This document shows positions 54,201 to 64,000 of a stretch of 64,000 nucleotides of DNA, piece by piece. The stretch is from Andalucia godoyi And28 (taxonomy: Eukaryota; Protista; Jakobida), in assembly GCA_009859145.1 (NCBI GenBank), contig VRVR01000036.1:93987-157986 (forward strand), in the 5' to 3' direction. Under the pieces are notes generated by a model. That model had not been told where the DNA came from. It searched no databases and saw only the letters and a program-made list of their open reading frames with translations. The stretch's first letter is position 1; each line of letters starts with the position of its first letter. A program made the position numbers and the translations under genes.

Positions 54201-55138
54201 AACAAATCCGTGGAATGATAACCCAAATTGAAGAGCTTCGCCAGGAAAACGAGAATTTTGTGGCGCAGCTGGGAGATGCGTCCATCGCCGCTCCGTTCAC
54301 TTCAAAGCGCTCCTCCATTCGATGCGCTCTGGACATTGTCAGGCAAGGTCGCTGTACTTTGGTTACCACGTTGCAGATCTATTCTATTTTGGCACTGCAG
54401 TGTCTTTTGAACGCGTACACGCTATCCGTGCTGCACTTACAGGGTCTAAAGTTTGGCGATCGTCAAATGACTGTCGCTTCCATTTTTACTGCTTTGATGT
54501 TCTTCCTCATGTCGAGACCCCAGCCTGTCGAGCGATTGTCTCGTGAGCGTCCCTTCAAGTCGATCTTCTCTCCGTATTTTATTCTTTCTGTGTTTGGGCA
54601 ATTTTTGCTGCATCTCTCTTGTCTGTTGTTCTTGGTGTATGTACTGCTTCCTTCGTCTTTGCTGCACGCAGAGACTCCGCAAGATGTCGAGAATCTGCGA
54701 AAGGAGTTTTCTCCGAGCATCTTGAACACTGTTTTGTTTCCGTTTTCGTGCATTTTGCAAGTCGCCACTTTCACAATTAATTATCGCGGAGAACCGTTCA
54801 TGCAGCCCCTCAAAAAGAACAAGGCTTTTATTGTTGTGTCCTCCATTGCTTTCTTCATGTTTCTCTCTGCGGCCACGGGATCTAACCCAGAATTCAACGA
54901 GCTTTTCCAACTTGTGGAGCTTCCCCGAGACATTCCGTTGTGGATTGACACTGCCACGGCAGATTCAAGCTTCATTGCCTCCTTATCAGTGCGTGTGTGG
55001 AGCGCAATGCTCAGATGGGACCTTACTTTGCCAAACGTCATATGTGGAGTGATCGTATTTGATGTTGCAGTGGCATTCTTCTGGGATCGCGTGCTTCGGC
55101 TCACTTATCGCCAACCCGTTGTCACAGCTCCTCAGTAA
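51217..55138 (+). CDS. ATP13A1: P5A-type ATPase (Spf1/ATP13A1); 2 exons (51217-51313, 51435-55138)
   Basis: LTGES, VVPPELPMELS, FDKTGTLT, TKGAPE, MVTGDN, CGDGTNDVGALK and ASIAAPFTSK. GT..AG intron at 51314-51434. Confidence 0.95.
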
Positions 55139-55229
55139 AACCTTTTCCGCTTCCTTCCTCTCAATATACACACACGCATAAAAAAATCCTCGGAAAAGCG
55201 TCTAGTATTCGCAGACTCTTTTGTCCTTT

Positions 55230-57899
55230 TCACCCTTTGTCTAGGGCTGGTAACGTCGAAGATCTCAGGAATGGATGTGGTGGCGCGGGAGCCGATCGAA
55301 AAGACTGTCGCTCGTCCCTGGATTTCGACAACGACGCCAGTTCCTTCTCATACACGACATCGCTCTTGTCTCCTGCATCTTTCAAAAGGTGCACGACATT
55401 CGCTGCACGTTGCTGCTCATTTCTGGCGACGACAGTGTTGTTTTCAGAAGTGGAAGAACGCACAAACAAGTGATTCTCCACGAAATTCAGTTTTCTTATC
55501 AACGAAACGTCTTCAACCTGTTCTCCCAGCTTGGTGGATGAACGAAGAGTCGGAAGGACGATGCTCATCAGTTTGAAAACGCAAACGGCAATGATGCTAG
55601 CACCCACAATGGCAGAGCAACACAATACAATATGTGACACAGCACGGTCAAATGTGAACGGAATCACAGACAGTAAACTGATCAAAGAAGGCACCAAATG
55701 AACTCCAACTACATTTGCAACATCATCCAGATGCACAAACTGACGGCGAAATGTCCTTGTTACGAATCTGGATGCAGCCGCCGCCACACATCCAACAGCA
55801 AAAGCAATTGGGGGTCTGATGATGTGAGCACTTGCAGATACAGCAATTGCACCCGACAACAAGCTTTCGAAATCGCCGCTCGATATGAGAAATGCGCTGC
55901 AGGCAGCAATGACGGAGTTGACAACACAGCGGACCTGAAATTCAACGCCATGCAAAGACGACACAATGTACAAAATGAATACCAAAGCGAAGAATTGAAA
56001 AAGAAGGCCGATTCTGTTCAAGAAAACTGCAGAACGCAAGAAATTGACGGAAACCCCATTCGACGCCGCAGCGCCAGAAAGACTGGAGCTGCCGCTCAGA
56101 AGAATGTTCTCGTCGGCGAATGCAGCGCGACGAGCCTCATGACGCGGTCCCACGAAGAAAAGACCAACAACCGCAAATACGGAAGAGCAACAGTGACAAA
56201 TGAGAGCACCACCGAAATCCGTGAAATTCCAATTCGAAGACCACACATGCTCTTTGGACGAAACAGACGTGAAACCGAGAGTGTTAAGGGAGTTCAAGCT
56301 CGTGATGTACGGCCAGAAAAAGCGTATCAACACAGGAACCACAACAACACACTGCGTAAGATTGCAGATCACATAAACGAGCGGCCGTGTTCTGCCAGAA
56401 AAGGATACAGTGGAAACAAAGACGCATTGAAGTGTGAACATCGAAAATACGGAGCAAACCAGATAGACATTCTCCGACAAAATGCCATTCACAATGCTGT
56501 TCAGAAGATCTGACGGATCCGGATGAAGAGACACCGGAGGACGACTTAGAAATGACCAGAGCCCAGAGGCAATTGGGAACCCGAGAACCGCTGACGTCGC
56601 AAGCCCAGTGCCAGCGTTTACCAACACCCGACACGTAACAGTGTACATTTCTCCGGGGGGAGTCATTGCCAATTCTCGAAACAAGAATCCAATCGTGATA
56701 AAAACACCGAAAAGAATCACAAAAATGAAGCTTCGAAGCCGCTGCTCCAGAAATGCCAGTGTACCCTTCATGTTCGCAATTTCCTCTGACTTGGAGGGAA
56801 TAAAAACGTACAGCTTCGGATACTCATGCAGAACTTGCGAAACATTCTGATGAAGTAAGGAGTTCCAGTCGAGACCAGCAAATTCGTTCAGCAGCGTCTT
56901 GTTGGCATTCGAAAGGACTTCATTCGCTGACGAAAACACCTGCTCTAAATCTGAATGCTGCTCGAAAAGCCAAGACAATGTTGCATTCAGGCTCGTGACC
57001 TGCGCCTCGCGAACCCGAAACTCCGCATACACAGTTGAATTGGCGAGCGACAAATTGCCGGCCATCTGCGAGGCTGTTGCTGCAAGCAATAGCAGCTGAT
57101 CTCGCATGAACAAAAAATCTGCGGTTTCGTTATTCGACAACCGAACATTCACCAAGTAATCCTTCAATGCGGTAATGTTCCTGTTCAGATCAACGACTGC
57201 GGATTCCAGAATCGTCGCACGTTTCTTCAACGCATCGATTTCGCGAGTATGAGTATCAATTGTTGGAATCAGAGAATTCAAGGTTTGAAGCGAATTCCAA
57301 AGACTGGAATTCACAGTCTTCACCTGCGTGTCGAGTGCAGCAACAGTCGAAGCATGGTCACTTTGCCATGTGTACAGACTGTCATTTAGGAGCAATATCG
57401 AGCTATTCAGAATGGCAATGTCCGACGATAAACTTGCAAGGAGCGACAAAAACAACTGATCGTTGGTCAGCAACGCCGCCAAAGAAGCGCGTGCAAGAGT
57501 AATGTTGGAAGTAAGATGCACGATTGTGTCGAAGGACGCAATCACACTCTCTGTTCGACTGATGATTGCCGTATCGGAAAACCGAAGCGCGGCAATGGCG
57601 GATAACAGGGCTGCATTTTGTGAAATTGCAGCCCCGAGAGAACTGTTAACAGACGCTAGTCGTCCATTTAGCGCAGAAATGGCAGCGTAAAACGCCGTGT
57701 CGTTTGCCCACAGCGAGGCCATCGTGGCATTTGTGGATAACATAAACGTCGTCAAGTTCGCTAACACAGTTTCTGCCGTGAGCGGAATGATCCTCTCTTC
57801 CTGTGCTGCAACCAGTCGAACCGGCAGAAAAAGACATCCAAAACCAATGACCAGAACAACACAAATCAGCGTGTTCGAACTGTCTGGCCTGCGCTGCAT
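55230..57899 (-). CDS. Ammonium transporter (Amt/Rh) with signal peptide and long N-terminal coiled coil
   Basis: DFGGALICH...GPR, SGAIAVSA and LDDVANVVGVH (both channel histidines appear present), preceded by about 330 aa of heptad-like sequence. Confidence 0.8.
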   Translation of the reverse strand: MQRRPDSSNTLICVVLVIGFGCLFLPVRLVAAQEERIIPLTAETVLANLTTFMLSTNATMASLWANDTAFYAAISALNGRLASVNSSLGAAISQNAALLSAIAALRFSDTAIISRTESVIASFDTIVHLTSNITLARASLAALLTNDQLFLSLLASLSSDIAILNSSILLLNDSLYTWQSDHASTVAALDTQVKTVNSSLWNSLQTLNSLIPTIDTHTREIDALKKRATILESAVVDLNRNITALKDYLVNVRLSNNETADFLFMRDQLLLLAATASQMAGNLSLANSTVYAEFRVREAQVTSLNATLSWLFEQHSDLEQVFSSANEVLSNANKTLLNEFAGLDWNSLLHQNVSQVLHEYPKLYVFIPSKSEEIANMKGTLAFLEQRLRSFIFVILFGVFITIGFLFRELAMTPPGEMYTVTCRVLVNAGTGLATSAVLGFPIASGLWSFLSRPPVSLHPDPSDLLNSIVNGILSENVYLVCSVFSMFTLQCVFVSTVSFSGRTRPLVYVICNLTQCVVVVPVLIRFFWPYITSLNSLNTLGFTSVSSKEHVWSSNWNFTDFGGALICHCCSSVFAVVGLFFVGPRHEARRAAFADENILLSGSSSLSGAAASNGVSVNFLRSAVFLNRIGLLFQFFALVFILYIVSSLHGVEFQVRCVVNSVIAACSAFLISSGDFESLLSGAIAVSASAHIIRPPIAFAVGCVAAAASRFVTRTFRRQFVHLDDVANVVGVHLVPSLISLLSVIPFTFDRAVSHIVLCCSAIVGASIIAVCVFKLMSIVLPTLRSSTKLGEQVEDVSLIRKLNFVENHLFVRSSTSENNTVVARNEQQRAANVVHLLKDAGDKSDVVYEKELASLSKSRDERQSFRSAPAPPHPFLRSSTLPALDKG

Positions 57900-57944
57900 G
57901 TTTTAGTAGAACAGAGGCTCTGCACACAGGCAACTTCTGTCTGA

Positions 57945-58007
57945 ACTGCGGACTGCGGACTGCGGACTGCGGACTGCGGACTGCGGACTGCGGACTGCGG
58001 ACTGCGG
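57945..58007. repeat. Tandem heptamer (ACTGCGG)9
   Basis: Nine perfect units lying 46 bp upstream of the Amt start codon. Confidence 0.95.
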
Positions 58008-58578
58008 AGGATTTTCTGTTGAGCGATTGAGGAACGAAACGGATTCTCGTGACAGTTGACAGGACTGAAAAGGCCAACAGGCAGAGAGCTCAAAAGTCAA
58101 AACAGGAAGAATCGCTGTGCTTTCGATCATGTCGGACAATTCTCTGTGACATCGGGTCACATTTTCCGACATTTTTCCGCTCGGTGGGGTTAACTCGGCA
58201 CTCGGCAGCCGTTTAGTTCTTCAGCTTTCGCACTCGGACTGTTGACAAGACTGCGGAATGGTTTACAAGTTCTTGATCTATCGCTGTCTACAGAGTCCAC
58301 AAAATAAGAAAGGAACGGGTGGTGGGAAGAAGTTGTTTGTCGAAGCACACGGTTTCCAAAAAACCGATAAATTTCGTTGTTTTTTTAAATTAAAAAAACA
58401 TGTTTTTTGAAGTCGGACAGAGCAGTTCAGTGCAAAATTCTCTGAAGTTTTTTGTGCTTTGGAAAAACATTCCCTTTCTCAAAGAAAAAAAAAAGGTACT
58501 GCTGAAGGAAGATGGTGTGCGTAAAGACTAAGGAATGCAGTTTACCTGGAGAAACATCGCGCGCGCGAGTTTGTAGGG

Positions 58579-59010
58579 CTAGGTGCGCATGGTACGAATA
58601 TGGTATCCAAGTCGAGTGAAGGTAAGTATGCAGTTGAATGCCAAATGACACAGAGCATCGGATGTCCAGCTGCACCCAAAGGCGAACATCGCATGAAGCC
58701 AAATGGTATTGTGCAACACATCGCCCACAGATAAAAACTGCATCATTCTGCGCTGTGCAATCGGCGATCCCCATCGCATAATTGTCTGGATCGTCAAGGC
58801 TAGAATAATGCACATCGAACAGAACAGACGTGTAAGAGACATTGTGAGCGGATGCGTAACGATCATATCGAGATTTGGATCCACTGTGAGCGGAACTAGG
58901 GCTCGGGCTTGCTGCGCAGGATCGAAGATTCCAGGAATCACAAATACAATCGAAAACAGGAATCCGTCCAGCCACAACAGCACAAAACGTTCGCAGGAAT
59001 TCAGCTTCAT
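58579..59010 (-). CDS. Small ~4-TM membrane protein of unknown function
   Basis: 143 aa with hydrophobic helices and an LSVGDVLH motif. Confidence 0.6.
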   Translation of the reverse strand: MKLNSCERFVLLWLDGFLFSIVFVIPGIFDPAQQARALVPLTVDPNLDMIVTHPLTMSLTRLFCSMCIILALTIQTIMRWGSPIAQRRMMQFLSVGDVLHNTIWLHAMFAFGCSWTSDALCHLAFNCILTFTRLGYHIRTMRT

Positions 59011-59474
59011 GATGACAAGTACGTATCACTGAACGATTTTCAGCTGTGTTGACTTGTTTCCACCCCCGCACACACACACACAACGACTGTCAAAAACAAC
59101 ATTAAACCAAAAAACAAACAAACAAAAAAACCAAAAGGAATGTAAAAAATAATGCTGGAAACAGCAATGGAGACTGTTCATTCTCCCGCCATCCAGCAGG
59201 CAAAGGCGTCGTGTCTGGTGGGTTGGAGGGAGATCTGAAGTGGGCAATTCTCCGTTTGGTCGCAAAGAAAAACGCAAAAAAACATTTCCGATCGAGCCAG
59301 CATGCATCATGGCAGTATCTAATTGAGTTGCATACCCTTGGGGGGGCACCTCCGTACAGTAGTGCCGTGCATGCACATTGCCACAGTTTTTCGTGAATTT
59401 TTGATATGCGTTTTTGAGTGCAAAAAACAAGTGCATCAGTGCGTATAATATTATTGTGTGCATAATCGCGCAGC

Positions 59475-60686
59475 ATGGAACCGCATACCACCAATTTCGA
59501 GGGGAAGAAGAAGCCAGTCTTGTTTGAACCTCTTGCGTTCTCACATTCAAAGGTGCTGTCGAACAGGGTTGTCGTTGCCCCGATGTGCCAGTACTCTGCA
59601 GTAAACGGCTGTGCTACAGACTGGCACCTGGCTCATTATTTAACGCTTTCCAATTCAGGAGCAGGGCTGCTTGTGTTTGAAGCCACTGCCGTTGAGCCAC
59701 GAGGAAGAATCTCCCACGGCGATTTGGGGCTGTATGACCAAGAAACGGAAGACGCACTGTGTAGAGTTGTTCGTGCTTGCAAGGCTTTAGGGACTGCCAA
59801 ATTGGGCATACAGATTGCACATGCTGGACGGAAAGCCTCCCTTTCAAGGCCGTGGGAAGGGCCCGGACAGACCGTTACTGGGTCAGAATTTCTGGAGAAA
59901 AAAGTGTTCGTTTCGTCGAATGAATCCCAGGCTTCCCGGCCACTCACTGCAGAAGAGCATTCTTGGGAATGCATCGCGCCGTCTGCGATTCCCTTTTCAT
60001 CTTCATGGCCAGTGCCTCGTGAGATGACCGTGGAGGAAATTAAGGAAGTGGTGCAAATGTTTGGGAATACGGCGAGGCGTGCTGTTCGTCTCGGTTTTGA
60101 CGAAATCGAATTGCACTTTGCACATGGATATCTGGCCCATGAATTCCTGTCACCGCTTTCCAACAAGCGAACCGATTTGTACGGAACGGGCTCGCGTGTC
60201 GATCAGTTTCGGTTTGTGCTGGAAATTGCAGATGCTGTCAGAAAAGTCGTTCCGGAGCACGTCATCCTCGGTGCCAGAATCACCGGCTCGGATTGGGTGG
60301 AGGAGGGCGGCTGGACTCTTGAAGACGCTACGCAGCTGTCCCTTTCACTTGCAGATCATGGAATCGAATTCGTGTGTGTATCATCCGGCGGTAATGTGCA
60401 GACAAGGATTCCACTCGGGCCAAAATATCAGGTCCCGTTCGCGCAGCACATTAAACACGCCGTCGGAGATCGGCTACGAGTCCGCGCTGTTGGCCTGATC
60501 TCTCAACCGGAAGAAGCAGAGTCCGTGATTGCACAGGGAGAAGCAGATTTTGTCGCGCTTGCTCGACCGTTTTTGCACAATCCTCACTGGGCTTATCATG
60601 CTGCAGCCATTCTTGGCGGCCATGTTGAAAGGCCTCCACAGTATGCTCGTTGCAGTCCGTCTCTGTGGAAAGTTGCAAAATACTAG
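59475..60686 (+). CDS. NADH:flavin oxidoreductase / old yellow enzyme (YqjM/NamA-like)
   Basis: NRVVVAPMCQYSA, GIQIAHAGRKAS, ELHFAHGYLAHEFLSP.SNKRTD.YG and ALARPFL.NPHW. Confidence 0.93.
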   Translation: MEPHTTNFEGKKKPVLFEPLAFSHSKVLSNRVVVAPMCQYSAVNGCATDWHLAHYLTLSNSGAGLLVFEATAVEPRGRISHGDLGLYDQETEDALCRVVRACKALGTAKLGIQIAHAGRKASLSRPWEGPGQTVTGSEFLEKKVFVSSNESQASRPLTAEEHSWECIAPSAIPFSSSWPVPREMTVEEIKEVVQMFGNTARRAVRLGFDEIELHFAHGYLAHEFLSPLSNKRTDLYGTGSRVDQFRFVLEIADAVRKVVPEHVILGARITGSDWVEEGGWTLEDATQLSLSLADHGIEFVCVSSGGNVQTRIPLGPKYQVPFAQHIKHAVGDRLRVRAVGLISQPEEAESVIAQGEADFVALARPFLHNPHWAYHAAAILGGHVERPPQYARCSPSLWKVAKY

Positions 60687-61212
60687 ACCAACACATTGAT
60701 TATCCCACGCCCTCCTCCCTCTTTCAAAGTCCTCTCTTGCGTCGCACATGCTTTCTTGCGGAGATCCGAGCGACACACTGCAGCCCGTCGGTCGAGTGAA
60801 GTAAGAAGCGAGGTATGGAATGGTTTCGGATGGAGGCGTCCCACAAATAAAATCAAATCTCTTTATGATAGAAATGTGTCTTCCATTTGCCATGAACGAC
60901 AAAAATGAAGGGGGGAAGTGGAAGAGATGTAGAGCGCTTTCAAAAAACCAAATAATGAAAAGCGAAAAAATAATGATAATAAAAATAAAAATACGCACAC
61001 ACATACATACGAACACGCACACACAGCAAACAAAGAAGATAGAAAATAATAAAAACAATAAGAAGGGGGAAAAAGAAGACAAAACTCGCCAGTGCAAAAG
61101 AAAATGTATAAAATAAAATATAAAAAACAACAACACGAAACAGGGCTCAGGCAAGCAAATCATCAGCAGTCAGAACACACACGACAACTGGACACGCTCA
61201 CCTCACGATCAC

Positions 61213-63372
61213 TCACGCAACGGGTGCATACTCTGGAGGGCACGGTCCTGGAGACGCGAGGTCATGTACATTCATAGGTTCATCGTATTCCTGTCGTTTG
61301 ACTTGCCCAGTCGCTGCCAACTCGTCTTCCGAAGGTCTTGGATCGTTGTTGTTATTACCGCTGACGTTGTTGTTTTTTCGAGCAGACTGCGGACCATTAG
61401 CGCGATTCGCATATGCGGCGAACAGCATCGTTGAGAACGCACCTTCAGCGAGCACAGGCCCAGAGGAATTTCTTCGTCCACTGCTGCTTCCAGGAGGATT
61501 TCTGGGAGACGGAGAAGCCATGCCAAGGGGAGATCCCGCTCGATCAGTTCCACTCTCGACATTCTGCAGAGCTTCTCGCATAATCATAGGAGAAACAGGC
61601 TTTTGAAGCGACCTGATTGACGGAGAAGGTGACGAGGAAGTCTGGCCACGAGAACGAGATCTTGAAGACAACCTCGGTTCCACTGGGACCGTAAGTTCCG
61701 GAGTCCAGTTTTCTCCAGAGGCGTGAGGAACCACCTTTGACTGTTCACGTAAAACCCGAGCCTTTTCTTGCCTTCTCAAGAAATCCTCCAGTCCTGGAAC
61801 GTCATCTTCGTTCAAGGATCGCGAGGAACTTGGGGATGAATACCCAGAATTATCATTTGCTCCGGGGGCGGAAGACGACGGCAGCGATGGAGTCATCGGC
61901 TGGAACGTACATTCCTGCACTTCACGAGCATCTTTGGCTTCCCGTTCCTTGTGGATCCTTTCATCTTTCCGCTTTGCCCACACAGAAAGACGCTCCACAA
62001 CATCCGCATCCCCCAAATCGACATCATATTCCTCGTGATGCAGCCGATTTTCAGATGTCGTCGACACGCGTTGGGGTCTGAATGTGCATTCGGAAAGCAT
62101 GCGCTGTTCGTTCTCTTCCCTCATCCTTTGCAACTTCTCGATTTTTGATCTAGACTTTGCGTGCAAATACTCGCCTCGGTCTTGATACGACGTGGCAACC
62201 TTCGACGATAGCTTCTTCGAGTTTCCATCAATCTTGGGATGGAACGTACATTCTGCCAACTCCTTCAACAAGAAGTCCGGGTCCCTTGGAGCTGGAACCA
62301 CCTTTGGAGAGAGCAATCGATCCCAAGATGAAGAGGGCATGCGATTTGCCATGTACTCCGACGTCGGGTTCATTTTTGCAGGCGCATACAACTTTGCCAT
62401 CTCAACTTCCCACTTGGCCTGGATTTTCCGCTTTGATTCTTCTGAACGTTTCAAAATGACATCCTCCGGATGAGCACTCTGCGACCGAGTAGGGGATGAA
62501 TTCAGCGAGGGATCAAGCTCCGCCTTGCACCGCCTTCGCTTCTCCTCAATGTCTGACGCCATTTCGTAAAGACGGTCAAATGGGTTTCCGTTTCTCTTCA
62601 ATGCGGCTGCTCGTTCTGTGATCTGTGGGTGCCCGGGATTCTCCACTGCATCGACTTCAGTCTGAAGATCCAGAAGATGCAGTCTGCGCTTCATGTCATA
62701 TTCAAGCAGATGATCCTCGACTCGTTCGCCTTCCCGCCGCGATTTTGAAGCCAGTTTTGCAGATCTGCGATTGATGTCCGGTTCAAAACGTGCCTCAGCG
62801 GCTTCCGATGCTTGTTTCTCCTGACGGAGCTGTTCAATACGTCGCTGGCGATCCGCGTCCCAAACGTATATGGCATCCACATTGCGACCGGCCACACGCT
62901 CTCCGTGTTTGGATATCTTTGGCTTCAGAGTCAGCTCACCTTGCTCAGCCTCTTTTGCCTTGACTTCCTTGTCCGTTCTTTCTTTCTCCAGTTTTTCCTG
63001 CGATGACGCATATCTCTCGATGAGTCGCACATAGACAGGAACCTCGGATTTGATGTTTTGTGCCTTTTTCGACAGTTGGGGAGACGAAAGCGCTTCTCGT
63101 TCCGATTGGATCTTTTGTGTTCGCTGGTTCTCGATCTTTTCCTGAGACGCCTTCCAGAACGTCATTAGTCTATCTTCAACACGAGGCCCGTCTGGAGACC
63201 GCGGACTCGACGTTGATTCCCCATTGTTCGACAGGTACGCTTGGTGCTCCTCCAGCTGAGACCGATGAGATGCGAGTTCGGCGGCATACCGATCCAATCT
63301 TGCTTGACTACCAACCCACAGTAACAAACAAGGAATACGAAACACCAACAACACAAAAAACATCATCATCAT
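61213..63372 (-). CDS. Coiled-coil protein with repeated ECTF.P.I-type motifs (5' end uncertain)
   Basis: ELTLKPKI, RFEPDIN, ECTFHPKI, ECTFRPQ and ECTFQPM. The N-terminal residues of the ORF look non-coding or intronic. Confidence 0.65.
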   Translation of the reverse strand: MMMMFFVLLVFRIPCLLLWVGSQARLDRYAAELASHRSQLEEHQAYLSNNGESTSSPRSPDGPRVEDRLMTFWKASQEKIENQRTQKIQSEREALSSPQLSKKAQNIKSEVPVYVRLIERYASSQEKLEKERTDKEVKAKEAEQGELTLKPKISKHGERVAGRNVDAIYVWDADRQRRIEQLRQEKQASEAAEARFEPDINRRSAKLASKSRREGERVEDHLLEYDMKRRLHLLDLQTEVDAVENPGHPQITERAAALKRNGNPFDRLYEMASDIEEKRRRCKAELDPSLNSSPTRSQSAHPEDVILKRSEESKRKIQAKWEVEMAKLYAPAKMNPTSEYMANRMPSSSWDRLLSPKVVPAPRDPDFLLKELAECTFHPKIDGNSKKLSSKVATSYQDRGEYLHAKSRSKIEKLQRMREENEQRMLSECTFRPQRVSTTSENRLHHEEYDVDLGDADVVERLSVWAKRKDERIHKEREAKDAREVQECTFQPMTPSLPSSSAPGANDNSGYSSPSSSRSLNEDDVPGLEDFLRRQEKARVLREQSKVVPHASGENWTPELTVPVEPRLSSRSRSRGQTSSSPSPSIRSLQKPVSPMIMREALQNVESGTDRAGSPLGMASPSPRNPPGSSSGRRNSSGPVLAEGAFSTMLFAAYANRANGPQSARKNNNVSGNNNNDPRPSEDELAATGQVKRQEYDEPMNVHDLASPGPCPPEYAPVA

Positions 63373-64000
63373 AAAATACGATCATGTAAGAGAGGCTGAC
63401 TCATACAGAAAACTAACACAAGAAAGCAGGAGGAAAACATGCAAAACGACATACATTTTGTAAGCAATTGAATCATTCGGCGAACTCATTTTCAAAAGTT
63501 TCTTTTTGAGGTCTTCTTCGTCTTCTCTCTTTTCAAACGACAATCAAGAACGGGATATTTCGGAACCGGAGGCGAATCAGTGCAAATCTGTTAATAGCGC
63601 AATGACGTCCGCAGACAAAAGCAATACACGAGAATAGAAATACTAGAAAGGGTACAGCGCACTGGATGCTTTTTTTGTTTTGTTTTTGGACGAAAGAAAA
63701 CAAAAAAGCAAAACGAGGAAAATCGATCGAACGAGAAAATTGAGGTAGATTAAGGAAAGGAAAGCAGTCTTAAAGGACAACCGTCAGGCTCAAACGTCTC
63801 CAGCGTGCACTGACACATTCCCCCTCTCTCTTTGAATGCGTCTCCGAAGAGGCGCTGACAAGAATGACAGTTTTTTTTGGATGCATGCTTACATATGTAA
63901 TTTTTTCTTCTTTCCTTTTGACAAAAGGCAACGTCGTCGCGGGGCATCACTTGAAGCTTTGTCAGTTGTCAGTCAGTCTCGCTGACATGTCATCCTGTCG

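Noticed and set aside
57945-58007. CRISPR-like array
   Set aside because: It is a pure 7-bp tandem repeat with no spacers, and there are no cas genes.

Overview
This is compact, intron-poor eukaryotic nuclear DNA from a protist. The mix of 4E-BP, Nst1-like, P5A-ATPase and several bacterial-like enzymes is compatible with a jakobid or other discobid, but that is inference only. It holds about 30 mostly housekeeping genes, including UTP23, a CysQ/IMPase-SDR fusion, TPK1, Sec1/Munc18, mu-class GST, S1P lyase, SF3A2, ORC6, UTP11, PPIL4, CNOT4, XPR1/SYG1, GCN5, GCP6-like, 4E-BP, ATP13A1, an Amt and an OYE. Three GT-AG introns could be resolved. The main signal lies between genes: two separate, internally deleted and frameshifted relics of IS607-like transposons carrying Fanzor2 (eukaryotic TnpB-type RNA-guided nuclease), at about 16.5-17.0 kb and 44.5-44.9 kb on the minus strand. 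Relic 1 joins a TnpA-like HTH start to the Fanzor2 C-terminus. Relic 2 joins the Fanzor2 N-terminus to its last RuvC motif. Both keep a homologous downstream segment, which in relic 2 folds into GCAA- and UUCG-capped hairpins, as expected for an omegaRNA scaffold. A 412-bp, about 99% identical dispersed repeat and other transposon debris are also present. No intact Fanzor gene is in this window. All assignments are by eye from motifs; no database search or folding program was run.
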